A stretch of DNA of 63,310 nucleotides, filler included, from Basidiobolus ranarum (taxonomy: Eukaryota): assembly GCA_040143965.1 (NCBI GenBank). It is 36 parts of 36 records of this genome, joined end to end, with 100 filler letters (N's around TTAATTAATTAA, not from the genome) between each part and the next. Parts side by side here need not be neighbours in the genome. Positions count along the whole stretch, not along the records: positions 10,618 to 12,285 come from JASJQH010004594.1; positions 12,386 to 14,053 come from JASJQH010004595.1; positions 14,154 to 15,821 come from JASJQH010004596.1; positions 15,922 to 17,588 come from JASJQH010004597.1; positions 17,689 to 19,355 come from JASJQH010004598.1; positions 19,456 to 21,121 come from JASJQH010004599.1; positions 21,222 to 22,886 come from JASJQH010004600.1; positions 22,987 to 24,651 come from JASJQH010004601.1; 28 more parts are not named here. One strand, given 5' to 3'. Below are positions 12,076-24,751 of the stretch, in pieces. The notes beneath the pieces are model-generated. The model was given only the letters and a program-made list of their open reading frames with translations. It searched no databases and had not been told where the DNA came from. Made by a program: the position numbers and the translations under genes. Numbering within the stretch: position 1 is the stretch's first letter; each line of letters begins with the position of its first letter.

Positions 12076-13420
12076 AGGATCAGCTGGAGCCAGAGCTTCC
12101 CATTAGGCACCATGCACTTACTATTCAACAACATTCCAATACTACTTACTCAGCTATACAGTGGAAAATTCAATATGAATGAGCCATTTGAGATAGGATC
12201 AAAGTTTGAATTGATTGGGAAAATGCTTGAAAATGTCAAGATACCATCATATTTTACCAGGACTCCCATCAATATCCACTCATCTNNNNNNNNNNNNNNN
12301 NNNNNNNNNNNNNNNNNNNNNNNNNNNNNTTAATTAATTAANNNNNNNNNNNNNNNNNNNNNNNNNNNNNNNNNNNNNNNNNNNNCCAAATAGTCAGTCT
12401 AACATCAAACTTGGTATTAGCCGTAAGCCTAACATTATATTGCAAAAGGGGATCAGCTGGAGCCAGAGCTTCCCATCAGGCACTATCCGCGTACTATTCA
12501 ACAACATTCCAATACTACTTGCTCAGCTATTAAGTGTAAATTCCATATGAATCAGCCATTTGCGATAGGGTCTAAGTTTGAATTAATTGGAAAAAAGCTT
12601 TGAAACAGCAAAATACTACCATATTTTACCACAGCTCCCATTAACCTCCACTCATCTAGGAATTTATTCAAATGCAAAGACTGGATGTATTGGATTTGTA
12701 TATATTCAAGTGGAGTTTGGAAAAATTATCTGCCTGATAATCATTGGCAAAAATGGGAGATGTTTGTGGATATTGTTAATATATTGTTACAGCATTAACT
12801 CACATTAGCAGATCTCAGGCAGGTACAGCAACTGTGCAAAGATTTTATAGTTGGATATAAATAACTTCATCACAGGTTTAAAGAAGATAGATGGAATCTA
12901 TGCTCGTATTCAATATATTCCCTGCTCCATCTTACACAATGCTTAGAGATTATAGGCCTTTGCTAAACATTCCGGGAGTTCTAAATGGAGCACACATGTT
13001 GTTAAATGATGCTTGGTAAGAAATTGTCTGTATTACCTTTTGCTAATCTGATTAACCATGTATCAGTCCAAGTTGCAATGGATGTAATGCAATGGGTAAT
13101 GAGACTCTAGATTATATAAACTTTCCAACAAAGGGCTCTTTTCAATGTGCTCATGGGTTTTTACATTGTTTGAGCACATTAACAGCAACAAAAACCAATC
13201 CATAGACACAGAGAAAGTACCTCTACAAATTGGACCAATTTGTTTATGCCATAATCTGATGGCCTTTCTAGCAAAGCTGCAAGGCAGACTTTTTGATTAG
13301 ATAAGTTGAGATATGAAGTATTATTTTTCTGCCATGGGGTACTCTATATAAGTAATGACACATCCACATATGACTAGACATTTATTGACTGCAATTTGGG
13401 GATATTTTGGCTGAACATGC
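12076..13420 (+). pseudogene. CMC transposase fragments in two separate contigs (12076-12285 and 12386-13420)
   Basis: SWSQSFPLGTMHLLFNNIP and KIPSYFTRTP; heavily decayed. Confidence 0.85.
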
Positions 13421-13429
13421 AGGTATATT

Positions 13430-14053
13430 ATTATCTAAGCATGTCTAATAGCTCTATTTCATAGTAAGCTATACATAGGACATATTCTATTCAATTAAAC
13501 TTAAGTGTCTAATTAACAAATCCAAATCTGGTCAAATCTGGTCTAAAGCACTTCCCAATCCCCTAAACACTTTTATCAGGGTATGAGCCCCAAGCTAGCT
13601 GTTAAAGGAATGTCTACCAGCACTATTACTAATGCTTTGGCATCCACAGAGAAGTTTAATGGTGAAGACTTTCACCTTTGGAAGTTCAAGATACCAATGG
13701 TGCTAGAAGACTAGAACCTATGGGGATTTGTAACAGGAGAAGAAATAGAGCCAGAGGGACCACCAGGAGCTATCCTTGTCTTTCACAAGATGTAGAGGAA
13801 AGCACTCTCTACACTTTTTCTAAAACTCATAGACTCTCAATTGAGGAACATGCAATAAGCCAAAGACTTCCAAAATGCTTGGAAAACACTTGAGGTTCTA
13901 TATGAGACTAAAATTCTGGCTCATAGGCTATATCTTAGGCAAAAATTGATAAAAGTGTTTAGGGGATTTGGAAGTGTTTTGGACAAGATTTGGATTTGTG
14001 AATTAGACACTTAAGTTTTATTGAATTGAATATGTCCTATTTATAGTTTACTA
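13430..14053 (+). mobile_element. LTR-C 3' part (to 13578), PBS, family-C gag (13610-13947), then an inverted LTR-C insertion (13948-14053)
   Basis: CACTTTTATCA-GGGTATGAGCCC, then MSTSTITNALASTEKFNGEDFHLWKFK. Confidence 0.85.
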
Positions 14054-14153
14054 NNNNNNNNNNNNNNNNNNNNNNNNNNNNNNNNNNNNNNNNNNNNTTA
14101 ATTAATTAANNNNNNNNNNNNNNNNNNNNNNNNNNNNNNNNNNNNNNNNNNNN

Positions 14154-14390
14154 TTGATCAAGCTTTGTCTTTAAAAATTGATCCACTAAAACAAATGCAT
14201 ATTAATATTAGCACTGCATCCCGAACTGCTGTTATTACAACATCACAGTCATACCTTTGTTAGAGTCAGCTCCTTCTTTGATCTTGACAATGTAACGGTT
14301 GGAAACATCCACGATTTGAGCTTCAGAGATTGGTATAGCCAAAAGCACAGCAATTAGTGAGCCGATTGTAAGGATGCGAATGTTGACCAT
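14154..14390 (-). CDS. 5' end of a secreted protein with a peptidase-inhibitor-I9-like propeptide (probable subtilisin S8); exons 14390-14255 and 14185-14154, truncated
   Basis: MVNIRILTIGSLIAVLLAIPISEA signal peptide, then VSNRYIVKIKEG (I9-like YIV motif). 69-nt GTATGA...CTAAT...TAG intron keeps the frame. Confidence 0.7.
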
Positions 14391-15565
14391 TGTTTTTCAA
14401 AACCAAAGTAGTATTACTGAAATAGTTAATGAGATACTGTTAAATTTCATCATATTTTATATGGTTTTGATACAACTGATCAACTTATTATCTAGATATT
14501 GAAAATGGATTTTGACTAGTCTTCAGGTCATTTGACTTGTGCTAAACTTCACTTCCCTGTTGGGCTCTATTCACGAAGAGTAACTGGGTATTATTCTCAA
14601 GCAAAAGCCAGCCACTATAACAACACTTCACACGCAGCTTGCACCATTGTTACTACACAAAATTCTGTTACCCATTGCAGCCTCTTCTCATCAACTAACA
14701 GGTTTCTCCTGATGAGAAGCACTCAGGTATTCCAAATGTGTTTATTGATGAAGTAATAATAAGGCTTAATATAGCGTTTACGAAAAATATTGTAGTTCTA
14801 TATTAATCCCATATATTTCCGCTAAATCCTGATGTTCGGGTTAATCATTTCTAAATTAGTCGTTTACGAAATATGAAAATGAAACTATTCCCGGCATTTA
14901 ATAGCCTTGGTATCTTCCCAGGTAAGTTATAAGTGTATGTTTCGATGGGATATTGATGCGTTATATTTTTCTCATGATACATTCTAGCAATGTAGTCATG
15001 TCTGAAGATCAATTACGTATTTTGGAAAATAATATTGAATTTTATCCACATGAGTATTATTACCAATACACTCACCCGGTTTAGTCTGAATACTAATCTT
15101 ACCTGTTTGGTGAGCATACTTTTCCCTTTGAGAGTTAAAAGTCCTATCTCGTATCAAATACGGAGGCAAAAATCACACACACCTCAGTATTTGTCCCACG
15201 AGTGACTAATAGCACATGAGTAAAACCGTCAGAACTGAATGTGTTTGAATTTGCCGAGTGACTTGTACTCGGAATTTCATGTGATGAAGTGTATGCTCAT
15301 TTAGACTTCATCATGTTAGGATGTGTGAGGCACAACTACAACCTGAACTGAGTGCTCAATATTTTTTTCTAAGATATATGATTGTTCTAACACTACATAC
15401 CTGGTGATAATGATCTAATTACAGGTAAATTTATATACATCATTAGAAAATGTTTGACCTCAAATTTGATGTATAATTTGACCCAAAATTTTCCACTTCA
15501 GTTCCATACTATCTTAGAAAAACCTCCACAGAATGTGTCAAGACAACAAAATTATATAAAATAAT

Positions 15566-15637
15566 GGGCTCAACCGGGAATTGAACCCGGGACCTCCACG
15601 ACCCGAACGAGGAATCATACGACTAGACCATTGAGCC
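15566..15637 (-). tRNA. tRNA-Pro(CGG)
   Basis: GGCTCAA/TTGAGCC acceptor stem, anticodon loop TTCGGGT, T-arm CCGGG-TTCAATT-CCCGG, downstream T4 run. D-loop has CG instead of GG and the anticodon stem has one T-T mismatch. Confidence 0.88.
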
Positions 15638-16842
15638 CTATCTGTTAAATTAAGACCAAAAATAACACTTACTATAATCAGTAAACAAACTGACTGCAAA
15701 TGTTACTTCACATTCTTTTGATCATACTTTCTAGTTGAATATGTTTGTTTGTGAGTGTCCATACGTTAACAATACGAAATGTATTTAGTAATAAACCTTT
15801 ATTTATAAACATTTATCTCTCNNNNNNNNNNNNNNNNNNNNNNNNNNNNNNNNNNNNNNNNNNNNTTAATTAATTAANNNNNNNNNNNNNNNNNNNNNNN
15901 NNNNNNNNNNNNNNNNNNNNNCCCAGAGAGAAATTGGCAAATATTTTACTGATCCTGATTTGCCATCAGAATCCCATGACAATATGGGATGAAAACTGAT
16001 TTCCAACTATGAAAAATTGATTTACAGCTCACTGCATTTATCCCTCTACCAGAGTGTCTATGTATTATTGGCTAAAAATCTATGTAAAAACTTCTCTCTT
16101 TTAATAGGATGATCTTCACAGCACACAATATAGAACTATGGTTTTTATTCATTAAATTCTGACCAGATTTAGCCACTCTTTTATATAATATCAAGTTCTA
16201 GTAAGAAGAGTAATATCTCCCTTGAAATATTTTATTAGCAGCTCAAAAAAGATTTATCATTTGATTTGCTTACACCTGCTAAAGTTTTTTCCAAAACACA
16301 CAGAATCCTATATCAATGTGCCATTGCTGATTTAGTTTCTCCCAAATATTCTCTTCATCAACTGTACCTGGTGAAAGTCTTGCCAGTTTCTGCAAAAAAG
16401 CAAAAAAGGCTGGTTCTACTTGCTGACCTACTTAGGAAGTGAAATACTCCTCAATAGCTTCTGAATACTTATTGCTATTTCTGAAGCTGACACCATTGCT
16501 GATTACTTGTGATTTGCTGGCAGTTGCATTACTTTTATAAGCAGTAGTATCAATATGAATACTTTCCAAGAACTGAGAGTGCAAGCTGCTAACTGGCAAC
16601 TGTGACTTAGCTCATGATTTACCTTTGGCTGCCTGGTGGGCTTGAGTTTCCTTTTGGAATAAGATGTTTGGCATGGTTTCTTTAGCTACATAGTTGGAGT
16701 ATGTGAGCTTGTTTCAAGAGCAGACTTCTTTATAATATTAGTGCGGCATCTCAACTGGATAGGCTCTGGAGCTATATCCTCTTGAGACTCATTTGAGGGC
16801 AGAGTTTTAACCTTAGTCAGAGCCTTTGTTCTGGCTTGCTTA

Positions 16843-17588
16843 TGTTAAGGTATTTGGAAGCCAGTTGGAAGTGATTTGGAGAATTGGAGGAATTGGTGAT
16901 TCTCACTTATTGATTTATTGTGTAAGAAGTTGAAATTTAAAGGGCTCCTAGCACAAGTTTGAAAAATCTATATATCTGAGAACTTCCAAGTTGGTAAAAA
17001 TATTCCAAGTAAGTTCCAATTGAGAATAATGGGTAATATCTTTGTGAAATATAAGATAACTAAATACTAAGCTATTTATGATTATATAGATGTTTAGGCA
17101 ATGCCAATCTCAACACCCTCACTTAACTAAATAGTCATAAAAACTAATTCTAAGAAAGGTCTAAATTTCTCAAATTTCAGTCTAGCCAATGGTTTGTTGA
17201 ATATACAAGCAATCATGTCTTCTGTAAAACAATAAGTTAAGTGTAAAAACATGTTCTCTATAGTCTCTTTTGTGAAGTGATGTCCAATATCAATGTGTTT
17301 GCTTCTATTATAAAATGTGGGATTTTTAGCTAATATGACACAACTTTGATTATCTTCAAATATTGTTGATGGTAGGCTTTGAGAATAACTTAAATCTGTT
17401 AAGAGTATTCTTAACCATATTGCTTCTTTTGTTGCTTCACAGGAAGCCATGTATTCTGCTTCTGTTGTTGAAGGTGCTATGGTAGGTTGTTTTTTAGAAT
17501 TTTAGGAGATAGCTCCCTTACAGCAAAGAAATAAGTATCCTGCTGTCAATCTCCTGTCTTCAATATCTCTTCCCCAATTTGCATATGA
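16843..17588 (-). mobile_element. copia 3' end: RNase H, PPT, 3' LTR-D (16843-17115)
   Basis: EATKEAIWLR...FEDNQS...RSKHIDI...EDMIA. Confidence 0.93.
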
Positions 17589-17688
17589 NNNNNNNNNNNN
17601 NNNNNNNNNNNNNNNNNNNNNNNNNNNNNNNNTTAATTAATTAANNNNNNNNNNNNNNNNNNNNNNNNNNNNNNNNNNNNNNNNNNNN

Positions 17689-18803
17689 CTCCAAGAAGCT
17701 ATCCATAATCAATGGTGATATAGGTCCAGATATGATGGATAGTATCAAAATATTATGATTCTTATACCATTCAGAAGGAGGAGGATTTAAGTTTATTACA
17801 ATTATTGGCCAGCAAGCCCATCCAACAGTATATTTATTTAGTGAGATACCGTACAGAGCCAATGCAAGTGCAAGATTATACATTTTCTCAAAGAAACCTT
17901 GACTTTTCAGATTCTGATAGTGATATCCATCAAGTATATTAGTGATACCATCAGCTTTATGGTGAGTGCTTTGGTATTGGATCCATGATCTATATTTGAG
18001 TGATTTCAGCAAATCTTTAAGACAGGGAATCAATGGTATGTAAGCCAAATATGAATGATATTTACCTGATTTAGTGATTGCCAATTGTGTGCAAAGAGTA
18101 CATGACTTCAGGTTTTTCAGATCACCAGTGAAAGCCAAACAGCCATTTGGACATGAAGGTAGTTTAATTACTGAAGAATTATAAGTCATACAATTGACAA
18201 GTGTTTTCCACTTGTACCAGGTCTGTGGCAAGCAACAGTTGCCAATCAACTGTGGTAAAAGTGTAAGAAAACCAATAAACACCTGGTTGCTAAGATTGAA
18301 TTGAACTCTTCACTCATCAATAATGAAAGCTGCTTTCTTTACAGTAAGTGTTATGAGTGGACTAATGTTTGCCATTAAGAAAGAGTCTGTAACAAAACCA
18401 TCATCCTCTTCTTCAACTTCTGATATACTACCATTGGTACTGGAATAACCAAGGTCAACATCCAGCAGCAAGTCCTCAAAGTGGTCTGGACTTACTGGTC
18501 TGAACAAAGTTGCATTTTGACCTATATCATTCTGGTCATATAACTGTGATAACTCCATGGTATCTTGTCTTTTGGCAGTGTTCCCAAAACTTTGAGGCAA
18601 ACTACAGTCAGTGGACTTAATAGGCAAAACTAAAGATGATTTAGTGCACATATTACTGCTGTTATAAACCAGGCTTTGTGCAGATGGTGGCTTTGTACAG
18701 TGACCATGCTGGTGATTATTTTTTTATGAAGCCTGCAGCTTTTGTAGCTTAAGAATTTGTGACAATAACAGCAGGGCTTCTTTGAATGTTTGTGTGGTGG
18801 CAT
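17689..18803 (-). pseudogene. CMC/EnSpm (Transposase_21/tnp2-like) transposase 5' half
   Basis: CPNGCLAF...CTLC and LALAL..SLNKY...CWPIIVINLNPPPSEWYK...LSIISGP. Confidence 0.9.
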
Positions 18804-19048
18804 GAGAAGGATATTGTAGAAAAAAAAAACCTCCTACATAAGGGTGGTATATATACTATAGCACCTCCCACATAAGGATGGTAATTTTAGTACAGCCCAT
18901 CAATATCATCACCTGATTCTGAGATGGCATTACAGATGAGTCATCAGGGGATTTACAAAATATTTCTGGTAATGCATGGCAATTTTGGCTTATTATAATC
19001 TGTTTCTGAGCAATTTCATTACACCAAGTTTACCATCTGAAAATTTCA

Positions 19049-19355
19049 ATGCCACTCAAAAAGCATTCAAAATCTAAGCCAAAATCAGCTTTCAAGCCAA
19101 AGCTTGTTGACACAAAAGGAAAAAAACCAGCAAAAACCAAGGACCTAATTGATGAGCAGTCTAGCAATCCACTATCCACCTTGTAAGGCATTAACATGCC
19201 GGAAACTAACTCAAGCAATGATGAAGCATTAATCCATTTACCAGATATGTTCCTTTCCAGCAATAGTGCAAGTGAAGAGATTGTATTCCCCCAATTGCAT
19301 AGTAAATCAATAGTTGAGCAAAGTTCAACCAAAACACTATCAAGACCATCAACTT
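19049..19355 (+). pseudogene. CMC element second gene (ORF2) 5' end, divergent from the transposase
   Basis: MPLKKHSKSK...MPETNSSNDEALIHLP. Same layout in contigs at 23.0, 33.6, 38.8 and 56.4 kb. Confidence 0.75.
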
Positions 19356-19455
19356 NNNNNNNNNNNNNNNNNNNNNNNNNNNNNNNNNNNNNNNNNNNNT
19401 TAATTAATTAANNNNNNNNNNNNNNNNNNNNNNNNNNNNNNNNNNNNNNNNNNNN

Positions 19456-20675
19456 CAGTAAGATCTTCACAATCTCTCCCAAACACCTGTTATCTTGGTC
19501 CTATGGGGGTATGCATTGTAATGGATTGCTGTCTTTTTAGATCACTCTCAGGTGTTTGATCTTCATCCTACAAAGTAGAAGGTTCAATAATTCTAGCGGT
19601 TGGCCTTTGTTGCAGTTGTGCGGTGGTACGCGTTAAACCGGTATATCTTTCTGATGGCATGCTCTTTAGAGCTGACTCTTCTCCAGATGCAAAAAGCTCA
19701 CTGGTTGGTTTGGTTGAATCAGGTAAAATGTGCACTACGATGCATGAGAGTATAGGCTGTCCTCCTTCTGGCTCTTCATCAACTGCTTGCTCTTCATTAA
19801 AAATGGGAGAAACATCATAGACTCTTCTAAGCTTGCATTGCTGTCAATGTGTACTACTAGCTGATGAACCAACTTGTTGGGCTCTTGCACTTGTTTGAGG
19901 TGTTACCTCAATTCTAGTGGTGAGTTGTGTAGATTCTTCTTGTGAAATAGATACCTTCTCAGGAGTCTTGCTGATTTGGAGTGATATAGTACATCTCTGC
20001 AATGGTCTAGACTGCTCTACTTCATCTTTGGGAGTATCTTCTGAATCAATAAATTGTCTTGCTTTTCTTTTTACATCACTGTTGATTACTCTTGCTATAG
20101 TGTCCTGAATTATTGTTTTAAGCTCTGCAACCTCCATCAACAATTGCTGCAAAGTCTCATTGAGTAGTGGTAGATATCTATTTAGAGCATCTTTTGTCTC
20201 CAAACTTGAGGCTGTAATGGTCACTTCCAATCCATGCAAGCAAAAATGCGATTGGAACTGTGTCTTTGCGGACTCAAAATTGAAAATCCTATTTCTCAAT
20301 TCATGCTTTCTAACTTCATGAGTGTTGTTGTATATTTTCTTGCAGAATTCTGAAGACATAAAGATATAGTATTCTCTCCAAAGCAGAGTCAAAAGTTGCT
20401 TCCACATTTGTCTAATGCCCCTTCCCCAGTTTCTGTCAAGTTTATCAATAACTCCAATAGATCCAAGCAAATATTCATAGTGGATACCTGGGCATCTGTA
20501 AAATCATTAGGGGCATGCAGCTTTGCACCATCAACACCTTTATTTGATGGAGTGTGCAAAATTTTGGAAGTGGTGGTTTCCTGTACCATAGTAGGTTGTG
20601 AATCAGGAATAATCTGTTTTGACATGATACATAACTACCACATATATCTATGATGTTATACTTTATTGGTTTCAA
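19456..20675 (-). pseudogene. Unidentified spliced gene or pseudogene with a predicted coiled coil and a long S/T/E/Q-rich tail
   Basis: The 208-aa ORF frame continues past isolated stops to the contig end. A GTATCC...TTGACAG intron would join it to the 20475-20675 frame. Confidence 0.4.
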
Positions 20676-20872
20676 TCAGAATTAAGGATCTTTTTATATT
20701 ATTGGTTAAAATGTCAAGGTTAATTTCCAATAGTGTGATCAAACATAATGCATTCCACTTTGAGACGTTTGGATATATATGCTAAATAAATTGATTTGGA
20801 TCAAACTATGATTAACTTCGCTGATGCAGTTTATTATATAATTTCCATGCAATTACCCATAATTGGAATAAC

Positions 20873-21121
20873 TGATAAAAGTGTTTAGGGGATTTGGAAG
20901 TGTTTTGGACAAGATTAGGATTTGATAATTAGACACTTGAGTTTTATTGAATTGAATATGTCCTATTTATAGTTTACTATGAAATAGGACTATTGGATGT
21001 GCTTAGATCGTAACAAACATGCCTGTTAAGCATGGGTGAAAATTTGAGATGATTTGGAGAAGTTTTGAGAAAATAGTGAAAATTGGTAAAAGTGATCTAA
21101 TTGATATTTCTATCAATTAGA
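20873..21121 (-). mobile_element. LTR-C, truncated by contig end
   Basis: Near-identical to 4036-4280. Confidence 0.88.
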
Positions 21122-21221
21122 NNNNNNNNNNNNNNNNNNNNNNNNNNNNNNNNNNNNNNNNNNNNTTAATTAATTAANNNNNNNNNNNNNNNNNNNNNNN
21201 NNNNNNNNNNNNNNNNNNNNN

Positions 21222-22738
21222 CAATGAGAATAAGCTTTTGGATTTTGGCAAATTTCCATATATAATTCAGCCAATATAACCCCCACTTGCAGTCAACAAA
21301 TGTCCTGCCACAAGTAGATGTGTCATTGCTTGAATAGATTATCCCATGGCTAAAACAATAATACTGCATATCTTACTCTACCTCACCAAGAAATCTGTCT
21401 TGCAGCTTTCCTAGAAATACCATCAGATTATTACATAAACAAATTAGTACAAATTATAGAGGTACTGACTCTGTGTCTATGGATTGTGCTTTGTTGTTGT
21501 TATTGTACTCAGACAATGCAAAATCCCATGAGCATATTGAAAACATCCTTTTGTTGGAAGGTTAATATACTCTGGAGTCTCCTTAACCCATTGCATTACA
21601 TTCATCACTGATTTTACTGATACAATGTTAATCAGATTATCATATGGTAATACTGACAATTTCACATGGAGCATAATTTCACTGCAGGTGCACTTGATTG
21701 GGAACTCCCAGAATGTATAGCAAGGGCCTATAATATCTAAGCATTGTGAAAGATGCAGCAGGGAATGTATTGAATATCAGCATAGATTCAGTCTGTCTTC
21801 TTCATACCTGCAATAAAGCTCTTCATATCCTATTACACAATCTTTGCACAGTCACTCTATCTGCCTGAAATATGCCAATGTGAGTTGATGCCATAAGAAT
21901 ATATTAACAATATCCACAAACAACTACCAATGTTGCCAGTACCTATCAGGCAGAAATCTTTTCAAGATTCCACTTGTATATATACAAATCCAATACTTCT
22001 GGTCTCTGCATTTGATAAATGCTTAGATGAGTGGATATTTGTGGGAGTCCTGGTAAAATATGATGGTATCTTTTCAGATTCAAGCATTTTCCCAATAAAT
22101 TCAAACTTTGATACTATCTCAAATGACTCACTCATATTGAATTTTTCACTAGATAGCTAAGTAAGTAGTGTTGGAATGTTGTTGTATAGTAAGTGCATAG
22201 TGCCTATTGGGAAGCTCTGGCGCCAGCTGATCCCCTTTGGCAATATAATCTTAGGCTTATGGCTAATACCAAGCTTGATGTTAGACTAACTATGTGGTGA
22301 ATTAATATTGGTGATCATGTTAAAATCTGACTGGGTGGTAGATGGTAAAATCATGGAGTTTAGCTTTGTATTTGGATAGTAGTAACAGGTATGCCTGATA
22401 GAGTAGACTCCAATGATTTGACAAAACCTACAGCAAGATAGTGCATTGTGCCTGCAAAAACCTCCAAGTTTACTGATGGCAGGAGTGTCACCAATTCATA
22501 CAATGATATTGGCTTTAACTAAATATTCACCCATCTGTACCCCATTAGATAACCATTCAAATTCCACAATCAAAGGCTCCAAGAAGCTATCTATAAGCAC
22601 TTTCGATTTAGGTCCAGATATGATGGATAGTATCAAAATATTATGCCTCTTATACAGTTGAGAAGGAGGAAGGTTTAATTTGATTAAAATTATTGGCCAG
22701 CAAGCCTTTCCAATGGTATATTTGTTAAGTGAGAAACC
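21222..22738 (-). pseudogene. CMC transposase core and 3' region; LTR-B insertion at 22739-22886
   Basis: GDTPAISKLGGFCRHNALSCC and FWEFP motifs, with stops. Confidence 0.9.
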
Positions 22739-22986
22739 TATTGGGAAAATATGGGCTGTTTGGAGGAACTTTAGAAAGGTGGAGTTGTGAATAGCTTTGT
22801 GAGATAATTATTTATTGACCAGAAATTAAGCATTTATACATTTTGGTGGAAATACAGAAAACTAACACTGGGGTTGTGTTCAGAACNNNNNNNNNNNNNN
22901 NNNNNNNNNNNNNNNNNNNNNNNNNNNNNNTTAATTAATTAANNNNNNNNNNNNNNNNNNNNNNNNNNNNNNNNNNNNNNNNNNNN

Positions 22987-24651
22987 CTGAGAATATATTT
23001 CTTTTGTCAAAATCCTTCCATATAGTCTCAAAGAAGTGATTCTTTTCTTCTTTAAGTTCAAAGCATCAACTTAAAGATAGCACAAAGATAGCTAAGATTA
23101 TCATAAGGATTATTTTCAAAACACTCTTTTCCCATCCATCCATCCATCTCTTTAGTCTAAAGGCACACTTTAAAGTTGTCTTTAACAGTTTCTTTTAGTG
23201 AAGGGTATATCTTCTATCAATATCTTTAAGCTTCCAGTAAAATATAAATTCAGCTTAGCTGAAGATTTGTAGTGGAATATTAGTCTTTTCATTTGAAAGA
23301 TTGATAACACACCCCCATTCCACACTACACCGTGCTTGTGATAATTTTTTCTATGAAGCCCCCGACTTTTGAAGCACAAGATTAAGCAATAATAATAGCA
23401 GGGCTTCTTTAAAGGGTTGTGTTGTGTCATGAGAAGGATATTGTAGAAAAAAGAACATCTCTCATGTAAATGTGGTATTTTAGGTGCAGCCCATCAATAT
23501 CATCAGCTGATTCTGAGATGGTGTCACAGATGAGTCATCAGGGGATTTACAAGATATTTCCAATAATGGATGGCAATTTTAATTTATTATTAGCTGTTTC
23601 TAAGCAATTTCACTACAGCAAGTTTATCATCTGAAAATTTCAATGCCATTCAAAGAGCATTAAAATTTAAGTCAAAATTTGCTTCCAAGCCAAGGACTGC
23701 TGGCACAAAAGGAAAAAAACCAGCAATAACAGAGGACTCAACTGATGAGCAGTCTAGCAATTGACTATCCACTTTGGAAGGCATTAACATTCCAGAAACT
23801 AACTCAAGTAACGATGAAGCATTGAACAATTTACCTGATGTGTTTGTTTCCAGCAATAGTGCAATTGAAGAGATTATAATATCTCAATTATATAGTAAAT
23901 CAATAGTTGAGCAAAGTTTGACCAAGACCCAGTCAAAACCATCAACTTACAAAATGGCTACTTTACCTACTATTGAATAACCCTCCGTAGAAAATTGGGA
24001 TAGACCTAGTACAACAAGGGAATTGTCAACAGTTAGAGAGTTGCTCAACAATGATACATGACCTTCAGAATGCTGTACTTGAGCTAGAGTAACATGCTGC
24101 TCCCTCTGTCCATTCTCATAGTGGATTTCAATTTATCCAACACCATACATATGAATGTCACCATGACAATCTAGCAGAGGAGAATATGTGCTGGACCATT
24201 AAGCCTACACAATGACCCAAAGTTGCTTGGGCACATGAAAGTAGAAATCTCATAGGAAAGCAGGCAAACCAAAAGACTCTGAATGTCAGAGCTGCTGTCA
24301 CTTGCTCTGATGATGAGTGGTTTAACATTTTGGAAACTGTGCAGAATCTTGCCCAAAATCACCTGGATTTGAGTCAATTGTGGAAAAACCAAAAACCAGG
24401 CATTACTCTGAAGGTTCTTGACTTATTTCATGTGGCTTATCCTGGGTTTTTGCAAGCAAATGGCAATTGGGCTAGTATAGGCCTATTCATGAAACATCTC
24501 AAAAATGTACACAATTATTGACTTGGAAAAGAAAGAAAAGCAGCTAAAGAAGTACTGAAGGAGCAGGAAGTTAGTAAACCCAAGGGAAAAGCAAAGGAGC
24601 CAGTGAGCTTAGGCTCTACTGTCCCATTTACCAAATTCTTTACACCACTAC
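22987..24651. mobile_element. CMC central region: transposase start (-, near 23430), spacer, ORF2 (+, from about 23643)
   Basis: Colinear with 18.7-19.35 kb. ORF2 includes ETVQNLAQNHLDLSQLWKNQKPG...QANGNWASIGLFMKHLKN. Confidence 0.85.
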
Positions 24652-24751
24652 NNNNNNNNNNNNNNNNNNNNNNNNNNNNNNNNNNNNNNNNNNNNTTAAT
24701 TAATTAANNNNNNNNNNNNNNNNNNNNNNNNNNNNNNNNNNNNNNNNNNNN

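Noticed and set aside
19030-19332. Recurrent antisense ORFs over CMC ORF2 (also 34198, 39360, 57189)
   Set aside because: Shadow frames of a repeated coding sequence with inconsistent starts and ends.
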